64,000 nt of DNA from Fimbriosthenelais zetlandica (taxonomy: Eukaryota). The stretch spans positions 21,886,001-21,950,000 of the forward strand of contig OZ365114.1 in assembly GCA_977030845.1 (NCBI GenBank), in the 5' to 3' direction. Both the position numbers and the translations under genes were made by a program. The notes beneath the pieces are model-generated. The model was given only the letters and a program-made list of their open reading frames with translations, did no database searches and was not told the origin of the DNA. Of this stretch, positions 25,337-40,361 are shown piece after piece (position 1 is the first letter of the stretch; every line of letters begins with the position of its first letter).

Positions 25337-28132
25337 CTGGAACACACAGACAGATATGGAGGTCAGATTAGAAGGTCAGGCCCTCAAAGTAACAATTCAC
25401 CATCTTAAGACTCTTCCCCATTGTACTAAAGAAAATAGAGTATAGAAGAATAACAGTCTACTAGATATTTGATATAGAATATCTAAAGGACAGGTCTAGT
25501 CCAAAGTCTACTTTGATAACATTATACACTGCAGAATAGAGAAAACCTGCAGTTTTAACTCAAATATTTTATCTATCATTGCTTTCAGGTGGGAATCCAT
25601 AGACAATATAGCCATCTTATTAACGCGGTATTACATAGACCCAGGTGCCGAGATACGAAAATTATTATAAATTATAAACAAAAAAGGCTCATAAATGGTT
25701 GTTCCCTGTGGAACATTGTTCATACAATGACTTAAAGGTGGTAAATAACGCGCCCAACTCATGCTTACATAAGGTACATTCAACCTTGCAGCATCAACGT
25801 ACATCCATACACCCTTGAGAAAGGTCTTTTCAAAGAGAAATCATAAGTTTCAGTATAGACTGCATCTCCTTAGGCTCTATGTCATTCCCAGAATTCTGAC
25901 AATACATCTGTTTTTTTGTCGATGTATTTCCAAGCTCATTCATAAGACATTAGGTCTTCACAAGGAGGAATGAGTAACAATCAGCATATTGTTTGCCATA
26001 AAGGAAATAGCTGACGCAAAACTTGAAGGGAACATGTCGCAGTGTAAAGTGTATTGTAAAACATCTGTTTGCATGTCTGAAGTAAATTAAAATTTTCTCA
26101 TTAAACAGCTTGAGATTAAAAAGACCTCAAATAGCCGAGAATCCTTTCATTAAATGAATGGCTTGAGTAAAGAACCTGTTTCCTTTACAATGCGTCTGGG
26201 ATGAAAGGATATGGTTGTTAAAATCCAATCACCAGTCAATGTCGGTCTATAGAGGTAGAAAATAGGCTTTAGAAAGAGTTTAAATGGAGCTTGTACCAGG
26301 CATTATTCAATAAATGCATTAATATCTAGTTGATGGCTAACCTTTCACTCATTTTTCCCTGTGGGTTTTATGGTAAAACATCCTGCATATGGTTCAGCTA
26401 TTAGTAAGTCATGGAACATAAATCCATGAGGACACCAGGACATGGCAAGCTCCATATCGCCAGATCTTTCTTGGGAGGCTTTCATGATGGGGTCTGTCAT
26501 GGCTTTATTGGTAATCCTACACGGATATCCGGGGTTAGGTAGAATTCAATGTGACAGTCTCTTGTGTGAGATGATGTCATCTGCGCCTTGGTTCCCCCAT
26601 CAGAGGTGTCACGTATCACACTAACCCACCATCACACCTAACAATCCCCGCTCTCCCAGTAAGCCTACAAACATCTGCCAATCATTTTTATAATAAAATT
26701 TTAAATATAATTTTTCAAACATGACGCATCAAAATAGAGTCTCTCTATCAACATCGCTCTTTCAGTTGTCTTTTCCTGTCTAGACTTCACATAACACTAG
26801 GCAGAAAAACTCGACTATTATTACCAGCAGATTTATTCGATTCGATTAGAGACACTATAGAACGAAGCAGAGAATCGTTTGCAATTGTACAACGATCAAT
26901 AATTTATCTATTCCTCCTGCACAGTCCGAATAAAATGGTCATTTGTCATTAGCCAGTAATTACATAGAACGTCAAGGCAACTCAGGTTAGAATGAGAGGG
27001 ACAAGGCTTCTCAACCACTCCACTAACATTTTAATAGTTGAGATAATTACCTGAAGTTCAATATCCTACAGTGCCATTTCTCAGACATGTATAGTCTACG
27101 GCTGTCATTTTAAAATCAATTTATCAATTCAGACAATTATAGAGGAATATTGGCCACAATAAGTATGTATATGAATTGAGATGGGACGGTGAGAGAAACT
27201 TTAATGCTTCAAAGCTCATGGACAAATTTGAAAACATTTCTAAAGTTTTCTTTAATTCAAACTGCAGTGATGCTTTATGAAAAACTATTTTCGATGTGCA
27301 TTTGAGATGAGGTATATATGTGGAAATGTTAGTAGAGATGGGAATTGAACAACATTAGGAGGAAGCAATGGTGAATCAAGCAGCCTCCACTCCACTCAAT
27401 ATAAAAGCCAGGGCAGAGGGTGAGGGCCGTAATGAAGTAGAGGAGGTGAATACAGGCCCCCAGCAGTGCTACCAGCGGCCCACCCACCAACTGACACCCT
27501 ATCATGGCACCCACTAACAAGTCTCCAATATCTCACTCATGTAATATATCTGGGCTAGCTTAGATGGTCGAGTAAACTTGCCCAAGTCTTCACATTTTTC
27601 ATATCTTTCATACAAGCACCAAATATGGAAATCAGACATGTTAAAGATTCCCATCTTCAAATTTGAGAAAGACTCAAAGTATTTTCCATAGTTACATTAG
27701 CTTTGCAATGAACCTTTGGAATGATACGATGGGGAAGATAGCTGGTCTAGGGGAGTAGTAGAGTGGGAGAGGCGTGTGTGACTGGTAATGCCTTGATGGA
27801 TGGTCTAATAGAGCCACTCTCATCCCCTTGTTATGTGGACCAGCTGGATGAGCAGCAGGCAGGAGCAGCTCACATCTCTGCTTCCACCCTGTGAGAACTA
27901 ATCGCCACTTGGAAGGCACTCGAGAAAGTTTGTTTGGGACAGTTAATAGTGTTGAGTGAGAGGAAATCTATACTTCTTCTGATAATGTGGACTAGTGGGG
28001 GATATATATAGAGCTGATAAGGCTCAGTATGTAGTTGCTACAGGGATGGTTTCCAAAAGAGATTCGAAATATCTGGGCGCTTTAAAAACAGTTTTTACTT
28101 ATTACAAAGATGAAAAGGTTATCTTTACTAAC

Positions 28133-28225
28133 CTGTTTGTCCGTAGGCGAATATGCAGGCATTGTAGCCCTCGAACGCATGCTTCAGGAGATCAATTCCC
28201 AAGCTCGAGAATACTTTGTCTTGAC
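28133..28225 (-). CDS. KIF13: KIF13-like kinesin-3 exon ([31 protein letters not shown]), 93 nt, phase 1 to 1
   Basis: Acceptor tttcttttgtag and donor CAG|gttagt. Carries [12 protein letters not shown], the first half of the kinesin P-loop. Confidence 0.97.
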
Positions 28226-31200
28226 CTACAAAAGAAATTGGTATTAGATGAGCAAAAGATAAAGAAGAATGAAGAGTAAGTTTCAATATTATCGAATATA
28301 AAAGGATCGGCAGTGGGTGACAAAAACAAGTGTCGATGGCATTATAGTCTATTATTTTAAAATCATCCGATAAAATATAATGGCTTACCAGTCATTATAT
28401 ATCATATATATATAAGGTGCACCATCAGGAATATTTTTTTCGCCCGCATTTGTTATGAACTAATGAGATCTCAGTAATGAACATTGCCACACACTAGTGT
28501 ATGTGACATTTCTTTATCTAAATCTTGGAATATTGATCACTGGTGACAGCGCCAGTCTGAGATGTCTTTCTATGTAATGTGATTCAGTAAAAGGCTTAGA
28601 AACAACGTCTGAGTGTGACTTATCCAATCTGAGGTGACAGAGGCTTTTAGCAGCTGTCATCCAGTTGCAAGGAAGCACTGAATAATATATGCTTGGCTTC
28701 TGACAGCCAGCAAGTCTTCGTCAAATTCTATGTCCTTTCCTCGGAGTACAAATAATTTTCTTTTGAGATTACACAAGGAGGTCAGCACTTAACACATACA
28801 AAATTCATATCATAAAATATACCATGTTGCAAGTTCAAAAAGAAATATTCCCAAATATTCAAAATTTAATGGTGGCTAATAGTACCTGATAGGCTTGATG
28901 GCATCAGGCAACCCACATGGTAATAAACATTGATATTTACACCCAGAGAATGAGAAAATGTGATACAGACTTCAATCATAGTGGTGAATGGTACTGGGAT
29001 ATTTCATTTTCAATTGGGTAATACAATGTAATCAATTTACAATGTGGTCAATTTACAATGAAACGTAGATCCAGCGAGTGATGGGGGCTCCATCCATGGT
29101 TAGCTCTGTCATACATTTACTACTGTACCTATAAATTTCCTAATTTGAATGAGTCCAGTTATAACATGGTTATTGTGGTAATTTCTAAAGGACATGAGAG
29201 GGTTATTCACGTAATTACACGAGTGAAAGCCTATAAGGAAATGCTAATATTGATTTTGTCCCTCATGCTGAAGTAATCACTCACTCGGCTCATTCAAACA
29301 TAGAATGGTATTAGCTGGAGGTCAGTAAGGCTTGACCGTAAGCGCCTTATCTGGCGCCTCAATCCACAATATTAATGACATTTTACACCATCACCATTGG
29401 CACAAAATAACCCTGCTTTAACGCACTTCCCGCGGCTATACGAAAAATGATGTTATTATACGATATATTAATCATCTAAGGAAGAATATAGCGCCAAGTT
29501 GATGGAATTGTTGTGCCTGAGAAGACTAGGCATTTACATATACTGCTCAGATAGGACCTGAAACTGTGTCCACTTTGCCTCGACTACTCGGGCCATCTTA
29601 TACACTGAAAGTCTTTGATACCATATGTCAATCTCACAGTCAAAGGGGATTTCAGAGAGGAGGGGATAATTAAGAAATATTTCACATGTACAAATACTGA
29701 TATTGACTATCTGAAGATGACCCTCATTTGTGTGATTCCGTGCCAGCGTCTTCAGAGAAGCTTTTGAAGTCGGAGTAATAGTGGACACATCAAAGCGAAG
29801 ACCGCTCGGGCGGGGGAGCTTTATACAGGAAACATATTTCCATTCCCATCAGAAGCACAGCTTTTAAAGGATCCCCAGAAATCCTCATATGAGCATTCTG
29901 AGCGTTGCCTAAGCCCGAACAGAGGTAGGCAAATTATATGATGTAGGACGGTCTTAGATATCAGCTTATACACATAACGTAGAATGTTGTAGTGTTGGTT
30001 TGTTGGCTCAGGGCCTAATATGACATCATTATGATAAAGTATAGCCCACATAGAGACTTAATCATCCCAGCCTTGACCCTCACATGAGACACCAACTTCA
30101 CGCTCCGTCAAGCTGGCACGGTCATATCTCATGCCATCCCATGCATCAGCCACCACTGGCAGGGAGAATACCACCGCCAGCAAAACAGCGCTGAAATTCC
30201 AAAGCCCTGCGGCAATAAATTCAACCTGGGGGTCGAGGATAGCCGTGGGGGAAGTTCTGGAATGGGGAGTGGGAGGAAAGGGACCTTTTTCACCAGGTTC
30301 TTGTCTGCAAAGCTATAAGTTATCAGCAGCGAGAGGGAAAGGAATACAGCAGGTCTGACCCCCACGCATTCCTTCTTATAGCACAAAGACTAAATGTATA
30401 TGTTTATGTGCAAGAATGCATCATTAGTTTAGTCGACATAGAGGGCAATCAACTTTAGGATCAGATTTACAATCAGGCTTCTTTCTGAACATGCTGAAAT
30501 TCTAACCCATTAATATGTATACAACAGAGAATGGTGATTTTAGACTAAAAATATTGTAAATTTAAAATGATGCCACGATTTCAAATTTACAATATGGCGA
30601 AGGTAGACTGAACCTGGTGGTATTTCCCTCATCATACATGAGGGCCAGGTCTCTACCGATTGAATTCATGGGATGACAGGCTGTCGCCATCACAGCCCTT
30701 TATCTTATCTGCCTCTCAGAGTCCCACTGGTAGAGGGGCCGTCAGTTCCAGTTAGTGGACTAGTCTAGGTATGTAAATGACCTATCAACTCAGGTCTGCC
30801 TCAATATACATAGGAGCAGGGGCTGTACCTACAGACCTGTCATACTGGTGCATATATAGTACATGTATAGATGGTGAAGGGCCTTCCTATAGTCTATACT
30901 TGTAGTATTATTCCAACGCCAGTGATATAAAAAATAAGACAAGACAGGTCTCATTCATGTAATACCAAGTGCATCTCTTACTGTACCACAGTGGAGCATG
31001 GCTGAATAGTACAAGAGATGATAGTACCCATGGACCTCAGGCTGAGGGGATAGGATCAACCTATTCCAGCATAATATGCCGGGCACGCTTTGTGCCAGAA
31101 TTCCCTAGGCATATTTTTCCTTGTTTAGGAACCCACGAGGGCAGTGGGGCTTTTTGTTTACAGCCGCAGCAAATAGGACTTTACTTGCACTCCGAGGAGG

Positions 31201-32770
31201 CAAAGTTAGAATGCCTGAAGTAGAAGGACAGTACTTGATATATAATACATCGAAGCTTGGTTTGGCCAGAAACAATTCCACAAGCCATTTAGTGTAGTAT
31301 TACTCATCAGAAACAATTCAAAATCTATGGTCAGCAGGGACAACCAATGAACAGGGACATAAGTGCTAGAGTTTCACGAGTTAACGTTCCCATAAAGTGT
31401 AATTACCCATGGTATAGATAGTAGACGACACTAGTGGGGGTAAACTTAAAGTGTTATTGCTTGCTCGAGTGGGACTGAGTGGTACTACACTGGATTTGTT
31501 AACAACAGAGGCCATAAAATTTAGTTCTCCCAAGTCAAATGACCCAGACAACTGCTGTTAATGCCTCTTCGCAAGTTCAAGCTTTATGAAGTGCAAAATC
31601 ATCATTAAACATTCAAAGGCTTCCCTAGCACTGTAATCTAACAATCCGGTCATAATAACCAAGGAAGGAGCACATAACATGTGTCCCTGGTCCCATGCAT
31701 GCTACAATGGCGAGGCAACTGTTGAAATCACAAAGCAGCAAAGGATGGGGGAGAGTGGGTGGAGTTAACGTCAGCAATTGTTCAGCCATCTCTGGTCGAC
31801 CTGCCCTTCTCCAAGGATTGCAATGGTTTTACATGTCTCTCATGATACACATTGGGAGACATGGCTGGCCTTTGATATCTCAGTTAGCAGCACTGAGTAG
31901 AGAAGGACAATGGGAAATCAGGAGCACTTGCAGTAAAGAATGTGCAGGGTCAAAAGGCAGCGAGCATATAGACAGAGCCATTGCATTCAGCTCGTCCCCT
32001 GTGTGTACAAACAATGCTTCTCACAAATCCCGTGTATTCGTGCATGAGAGCAGCTCACACTTGCTCACCCATACAGGCTGACTCCCCCAGCAAAGCTGTA
32101 AACAACAAGCACAGGGCAAGGCACTTTATCGCCTAGCTGACAGGCGCCTGACACAAGCCACTCTTTTACAAGGCACATAATGACATGTAAATGTCAAATG
32201 CTCACTTAAGTCTGCTAATATTGCCAAAGGATTTTTCTCCAGCAAAGACCCAGCTTTCCTCGGGAAATAAAAAAGCGACATTTCTGCAGGCGAGGGTTGC
32301 GTGTGGAAGATGCATGCAGACGGGACGGGCCCTTTCTGGTTACGACTGGGAAGGATTTGGAATTAGGAAAACTGATCATCAAAGGGATTATGTAGTCATG
32401 AATATCGTATGTATAGTAATCTCCAACAGAATCCCAGAGAGAATGCTTTGTGGGGCCGTGCCATTCAAACCTGGCATCCAGCATTTCCATATGCAACGAA
32501 CGACAAGTGCTAAGGTTTGGTTACATATGGTACCGCGGAACAAAGGGCATATATATTATATGACAGGCAACATAAAGCTGAAATAGTATCAAATGATGGC
32601 AACCTGATCCGTTCATGGGGATGGGGCAGTAGTTGGGACAGTAAGAGGGGCTTCTGTTGATCATCCTACACACAAAAACCCTCTCAATGAGGTTCTTCAC
32701 ACAATCAATCAGAAAGCCTTTTTCTGACCGACTGATCAAATATAATGTACCTCCCAATTTTCAAGATATT

Positions 32771-32784
32771 GTTGCCATAGCAAC
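32771..32784. promoter_or_regulatory. RFX X-box GTTGCCATAGCAAC
   Basis: Exact match to the X-box consensus. Confidence 0.55.
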
Positions 32785-35700
32785 TAAAATATTTCCAGAG
32801 GACATTGATTGATGGTGTTCAGTGGAGTGGGATTGTTTTGGAAAAAGGTAAAGGAAATTCCATGGACTGGTTTTGTCAAGAAAATTCCCCAGAGCTATAG
32901 TGCTGGCTGTTACGCAGTGTAAACTGATGAGGATTACATTTTAATCTTCATTTTCCAGGAATATTTCTCAGACTTGCATTAAAGACCAAGTTCAACTTTG
33001 GCTCTAACAAATTCAGCCAGAATAAGCGGAAGCCATAGCAGTATTAGCTTGTTGATCTAGGGTAATATACGAGTTGATGCTTATTCTACCACCGCCAGTC
33101 TGGACTAGCTGGTTTATGGCAATGGAGAGAAGGGGCAATTGTTGGCAACCTTATAGTTCAAAAGCTCTGCCAGTAGCCCCGGGCCAACCTAGTCTACATT
33201 CTGTATTAGTGGGGGCTAATGGAAGACCGAGGGAGGACATGGTTCTGTGTACTATGTACTACCACCAGTCCACTATAGGAGGAAGTAAAAAAACGATAAA
33301 CGAGGGCATATGGTAAAAAAAATAAACACTCAATATTATTTCGCTGCCATAAAGCCCCAACCGTTAAAAATTGTGTATAAAACATAGAAATTATATGCAA
33401 GAATTAGTTTACTTTGCGACTCTCTACATAATTAATTACAGAAGTACTAAACCGCCATTCGAAATATTGCCGAGGAGAATATAGATTTTAAGTAATCAAA
33501 GTATCTCTTTTGGGGCTCAATGATCTTTGTATCATTGGGGGAAGCTACAGTACCACAACTAGCTTCAGACAGTGCCACCAATATCACAGCTTCGTTTATA
33601 AATAGCAGGGTTCAGTTGCCATCAATCCTAGCTTGAGATAACGTTAATAAAAACAGGGCGGGGATTTATTTCCAAAGGGTATGACAATTCAGCACTAACA
33701 TCTGCGCCTCACCCTGATTGCTGACAGTGGGTGTGGGGAGGGAGTGTGCTGCGATTGATTGCGCTGCAGTGTTGCACATTGGTCTTCCCATTCTTATTGT
33801 GAGCATTGTGGATCTTTTTTTGCTGGGGGAAGGGAGCAAGCTTCCAATGAAAGCAATAAATGGAAAAGGGGAAGGCAGCAATAATTGGAACAGGAGAAGC
33901 ATGGGATGAATGGGAGCAAATGGCAGTAGCGATAGAAAAGCTTTGAAGATCGGGTTCCAGCACACAAGCTTTGATAACTGAAGTGTCCAGCACATGGCAA
34001 CATGGATACTCAGACAATACTTTGTGTAAAGTCATTGGTATAACGAGCCTTATCTTTCTCCTCATTTGGGTGATATTAAGGAAAATTCAATTTATTTTTG
34101 ACAGAAGTAGTTTCTATCAGGAAAAACAAAACTAGGAAAGAAATATATTCCTTTATGAAACCACTGAAATGCTGGGAGAAAATAAAATCAGCAGTTCGCT
34201 CAGTACACGCCAGAATAAAATTGGCTCCAACATATGGGCCTCTTCCCTGTCAGATTAGATCATCTCTCCTATATATGACTACAACCTGGACACAGAAGCT
34301 GCAAGAATTATTCACGCTGGATATAAATGAATATGCATTAAGAGTGGTGGCTTTGGGGCTGCTCAGTCATAAGGTAAGGCTGATGTTATCCATCATAATC
34401 ATCATTACTTTCCATACTGCATGTTTTTTATCTTTTAAGGCGCTACTAGGGTCATTTATCTTAGTCAGAATGTGAATATACCAACTGTGTCATTATCTAA
34501 TATAGCACATCCACCATGGTTGAGATAGTGTGGTTAAAGAAACGCCATCACCTTATTCAAATCAACACCTTCCTGATGGATGACCGTCTTAATCTAGGCC
34601 CATTAGGCGGGTTTTAAATGCAGCTGGGTTTTATAGAAGGTAGAAAATGATGATCTCCAAGAGCCACTTCACACCTCTGAGTTTCATACTGAATGAAGAT
34701 CAACTTATTTGGATCTTTAGGCCCAAATCTCTTAATAATAAAAATATTGGAACCGGATTATATCAGATGAGGATTAAACAACTGAAATTGGTGGTAAAGT
34801 TCATGAATAATCATGTGTTGATTTGACTACACAGCAGGGAGAAAGCTTATTACCCATGTAATATATGTCTCAAGGAATCAGGAATGTGAACGTATGATCA
34901 TATTCTGGACATGGAGATCTAATACCAATCATACATCTCATGATTGATATCTGTGATAATGAACATTTTATTGCCTCCCCAGCTGAGTCAATCTATAGCA
35001 CTTTTACGGGGCATTTTCTCTAACAACAGGAAGCGGAAGCTGCAGGAAGGGGGGAGAACTCTGAGAGCGGTGGAGAGGGATCGATGGGCAATAGAAGAGT
35101 GAGGATATGGTGGATGTTTAGGGTGGCCGGAGTCAGCGGGATTAGTGTAAATACATTGGTTAGAGTGCCTCAGGCAGACCTGCTAGTGGTTCTAACACCC
35201 AAATCCATCAATGCCAGGTCACAGTCGAGTGGGTCACCATTAGAGTGGATATGTACATAAAGCGCCAGGTAAATATAGAAGCTATAGCTACTCTCTGTAA
35301 TGCATGGACAGGAAGTCTTATATATGTATGCATTGTCCATTCTGGAGAAACTTGGGAAGTAGGCTTCAATAAAACATACAATTAATAGAGCATTTTCTTT
35401 CCAACTTAAAAGTCAGATTCTCATACTTTAGAAACTTTGATAAAAAGGCAAACTAAGGGGAAAGAGAAATCAAAGAGAAAGTTTGATGTCATGTACAGAA
35501 GATCTGCACACACAAATCTATAAAGAAGCCCCTTGCAAATGAGAAGCTTATTAAATTTGAATTTCTGGTGATCATATACCATGAAAAAACTCTGGAGTGA
35601 CCACTTTGTGGCAGCACTTGACAAGTGACGCAATTAGGGGCAGCTGGCCAAAAAATCAAACCTAATTCTGCAATACACATCGGACTTTCATGACACTATC

Positions 35701-37112
35701 AAAAAAGACTTCTTGGCAAGTAACGGCCATGATGTTCACAACTTTGGCCCCAGTGGTGTGGTCACCCACTGTAAGCCAGGAATACAAATGGAATTTCTAT
35801 AGAATCCTTACTCCCTCCAGCATCGCAAGGGCTAAGGCAAAGGAAGGCCCAGCCTTGCAACTAGAATATCGATTCTGGAGGGCCCAGGCTTTATCTGGCA
35901 CGCTCTGGATGCAAAATGGTTGTGATATAATTACTGGCAGAGCTAAGTCAAGGATGCATACCTCTGTCGAGCACCGATATACTGCCTCTGCTCCAATTAT
36001 GTCATTGGCCACCAGGCTCATTGCCTGTTTGTTGTGAAGGAATAGCACTGCTTTAACGAGCAGACAATACTCTTACTCCCGATGTGCTGCGCATCTCAAA
36101 ACAATGCCAGATGAGAACATAGAAATATGGAAATGTGCAGCAAACAAGGCGGCTAGACTTTATTTCATTTCACAGAATCTGCCTTGTTAATAGAATCACT
36201 TCCACGTGAATAGTGCAATGATTGCTGGAGTGTCAGCATGCTTCCTTGCGTGAAAAAAAGACTGGCACTACAGGCAGCAGCTCACTTCTTATAGTCCACA
36301 TAATGATAGACTGAGCTTAGCAGCAAAACAATTGGCCAGATTTACTATTATAATGAGCTGTGCTGATATTTTATAGATATAGTACGCATACTGAGGCAAG
36401 TCTACCAACGGATGGTGAAGATAGCCTTGGCAGCTGATGTTGAACCCATATCCATCTATCCATCGGATGGTTTGTCATGTTTGGGAGCCAGTAGTTGGAG
36501 AAGAAAACTCTCCTTCTCAACAATGTAGCTAATTGCTAATTATTAACTAATGGTCATTAATCTATTTGATTCAATGAATAGATTTCCCACCCAAATTAAT
36601 TAAATAAGATTTCTGTATTTTTTCCAACAGTCATCAGTTCTAGCAGAAAATACTCGAGTGTCATGGAAATAGATCCTTATAGAGGGGGTTTGGGTGACAC
36701 AGATCCATTCGCCCGGAGAATCAAGCCAGGCCGGCCAGGGCTGATTGAAATCTAAGATGCTTTACTCTGATTGGTTCAAACAAGATGATGAATTACATCG
36801 CTCAACTCAATCACTATCACATCCAATCAATTCCTCATCACTGATACATGCTAGGCACTGATTGCTATCCATCCATTTATCATTAAAATTTATCTTCAGC
36901 TTTGAGAACTATATTCTTTCGGTATTCCTTCACAAATCACTTGTAAGGAGCTAGACAGATAAATCAATCTATTGCTCTTGCTGCGAAAATTGCTGGTCTG
37001 TTAGACAATTCTATCTTCAAAGTGACAATACAGATCTCATCATGGAAAAAGCAGTACAGTCTGCGTTTTTACCCTTTCTATAAGATATAGTTACTTATAG
37101 ACATGTACTTAC

Positions 37113-37170
37113 CGCTAAAACGTTGGTCTTTTTCATCCATAGAAAGGAAACAGTGGTCGAAGGCGAATAC
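37113..37170 (-). CDS. KIF13: KIF13-like kinesin-3 exon (VFAFDHCFLSMDEKDQRFS), 58 nt, phase 0 to 1
   Basis: Acceptor ttccctatgttttag and donor GCG|gtaagt. Matches the KIF13 motif VFAFDHCFWSMD. Confidence 0.95.
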
Positions 37171-37316
37171 CTAAAACATAGGGAAAAGCATGTAAAGTTA
37201 CCTTTAATACTATTAAAAAATGAATATTTTACTAATATGAATATGAATAAATCGCAATATCTTAAATTATCATCTTCAAGTTTTCAGAGAAAGCGAAATG
37301 GTAAAAATCAATATAC

Positions 37317-37371
37317 CTTTGGTTTGGTCTTGTTGCTTGCTGTGCCAGAGGGTGTTTCAGCACCACTGATA
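37317..37371 (-). CDS. KIF13: KIF13-like kinesin-3, loop-2 exon (xISGAETPSGTASNKTKPK), 55 nt, phase 2 to 0
   Basis: Acceptor tatattttccag and donor AAG|gtatat. Ends ...KTKPK directly before VFAFD, as RKPPK/RKQPK does in KIF13A/Khc-73. Phase fits the next exon. Confidence 0.8.
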
Positions 37372-40347
37372 CTGGAAAATATATACCAACAAAATTAGTA
37401 AATGGAACAGAAAATCTATAAAGGTCATCAAAGGTTTACATGGCACCTTCATAATAAAGAAAATGTTAAACTACTGAATTATGGGTTCTGTGATTTCCAT
37501 GACCACCTGACCGTGGGAAAGCCTGGTTGGTTTTACAGCATTATGGATAATTGTTGTGAGAACACGGTGACTGAACCAGTAATTAAATTCAATAGGGATG
37601 ACAACTTGTATTTTGATTTGGAAAAACCGGAACTGAACCCAGCTGTTAAGTTTTCAACAGTTCCCCAAGCTGAATTCATATTCCACTAGGGAATAATTTC
37701 GAAATGACGAGAAATCTATATATGTGCAGCATGGAATATTGAGGAAGTCAGATATTGATTTCTTCCCACAATTCTCAGATGATACGAGAAAAAACATCAG
37801 ATCAAATCACAGCAGATCATATGGGTCTAGAAAACATAGAAAACAGCAACATTATACAGTGGACCAAGAAACCTCAAATATTCCACATTGAAAAGTGAGA
37901 CAATAATGTTAAGCAAGATTTAAATTTGGGATAATGACCTTAGGAGACAGGCTAAAGACAATGTTTTGTCCATTAGAAATTTGTCCAATGCCCTATGTAT
38001 ACGGAAAGATGCACCCACCTAAGAAAATGGTTTCTACAACTACATAATATTTGAGAGATGAAAATGAGATAGGTTCTGTTTGGTTCACCTGCAGATAGAA
38101 AATGATTAAATGGGGAAAAACAAGTAAAGAATACCTCCACCTAATACATCGATTACGTCTACCTTGGGAAGATGAACCTCACATATCGGAGGTTTTCTGA
38201 GGGCCAGTGCCTGCCATTCAAAAATAGTTATCAACATTATTTTCCCTTTTCTGGATCTGTTTACAATTAATACTCCCTAATATGACAAAACATAATATGA
38301 AACTGAATAAATAAATTCACTGCCGTTCATCAGTTTATTATACCTCCAATTATTTAAAAATTTAGTAATTAATACTTTTTATATACTGTAGGTATTTTTA
38401 CCTGTTGCACGGATCAGATGGCGCAGTAATCACGTGGTAAATATGGATGGTACTTTTTACATGGATTTTATTAGCATCGTCAGGACAACAATGGTATCTC
38501 TTTCTAAACAACATGATCTGAGTAAGGGGAGTTTGCTTTCTTTTTGTATGAAAACATGAGCTTCACTATGGAAGATAAATTTCTGCTACCCGCAGCAGAT
38601 CTTTACGCCTAATATCCGTATGAAATATAACCATGAACAGAAACTTGAAACATGAAAATCAACATCCTTAACAGCCTTAGATACCTGATCAGATACAGGA
38701 AATGGCCCATGGTTCACATTTCAATAAAGCAAAATCAGGATTCCTTGTGATAACTTCGCTTTGAGATATTCACAGATATTCACAGCAGTGTGTCACTGGA
38801 AAATGGCAATATGCGTGGGAATCAAATTAAAGCTAACCTTTTAGAAAAGTTTATATAATTATTCGTATTTACTTTTTTGTATTTATTTATTTCAATTAAA
38901 TATCAGGTTTTTAAAAAAATGTTATACTCATCTTTATATCCATATTTTTAAATTACATTATTTATTTTTTACTGAACATTAGGCCTACGATTTATAAATT
39001 TACTTATATTTAATTTTACCTCATTTCTTTAATTATTCATAGTTTTATTATTATTTTCATTTAGATGATTTGTATGATGCCTGAGATCATGGAATTCAGT
39101 CAGAAGTTGATCATGCCCCGAGACTGGATCAGCCATCTAGGAGGGGTAGGAGAGGTGACCTAATTCTTATACGTTATTAATATACATTCACAGCTTGATT
39201 AAAAGAAGCGGGTCAGCAGTAATGGCCAAGTAGTAGTCTGCCTGGTATACATCAGATATTAGCAGGGGCTCATGTGATTTAGCTGATGTGCTTAGTTGAT
39301 ATTTTAATCTGCTATTTTTGCTGCTGCTTCTGCATGAGTTCCTGCCTGGAGGGAAAGCACTAATGGCAATCATAGAAAAAAGGTCAGTAATTAACTTGAG
39401 GACGCATAATGAGGGCTGGTAGTCGGGTTCAGTCTTTTAAAAGTTGACGATAACCCACTTTCAGGTAAAGTGAATTCCATCACAGATTTTGGTAGAATTT
39501 CACCTCTAAAATAGTATCAAATAACCTCAAAACATTCCCCCGAAGCCAAACTCTCTTAAAAACCGAAGGGGAAGGGAGCTATAGTGTAAAAAGGGGCAGC
39601 CGAACGTAAACTGCCTGCACTATAGCATTTGTTAGTTATGGAAAGAGGATGTATGGTTTCATCTGGATGCTACTTAGCAGGCAGCTGCACAGCATCAACT
39701 TAGAGCAGCTCCAAGGCTTTAAAGAGCACTTTGTAAATGATCTATCTCCATCAGGAGCTATGGAAGAGCAGCTCAGCTAGGGATATATGACAAACACCGG
39801 TTTTTACTCCATCCCACATCACAGGTCTTGATGCCCTGTAATAAGGGCTAGGCGAGGAGTTGTAAGCCCGGGGCAGAGACCACCCTAATATAGACATGAT
39901 AAATCATCCCAGGCATTACTTTCTATACAAATATAAATCACTAAAAAACTGAATATTTACCATTATACTTTCCCATTGTTACATGTATAAAATTTCCAAC
40001 CCAATTCCGATATAAATCTTCCTTAAAACTTTACAAAACCTGTGCATTTCATAAGACTGAAGATCATAATGATATAAATCGTCCTACCAAGTGTCAGCTC
40101 ACAGAAGAAATACTGCAAAATCTACTTTGACATAAGGCATACGATGGGGCAATATTTTGAGAGATGATCTGAGCAAACCTACACATAGTTCAAGCACCCA
40201 GTAGGCCCTATAGAATGCTCCATTCTATACTCGTTGGTTCAAGTTGTCGTAGACATATTAAGGGCCATTCATCCATCCATCAATGGGACATGGGTCATCA
40301 CAGCAGGTCCAATGGCCCACCTCCAGCTACACTGTACAAGACCATTT

Positions 40348-40361
40348 GTCTCCATGGCAAC
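40348..40361. promoter_or_regulatory. RFX X-box GTCTCCATGGCAAC
   Basis: Exact match to the X-box consensus. Confidence 0.5.
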
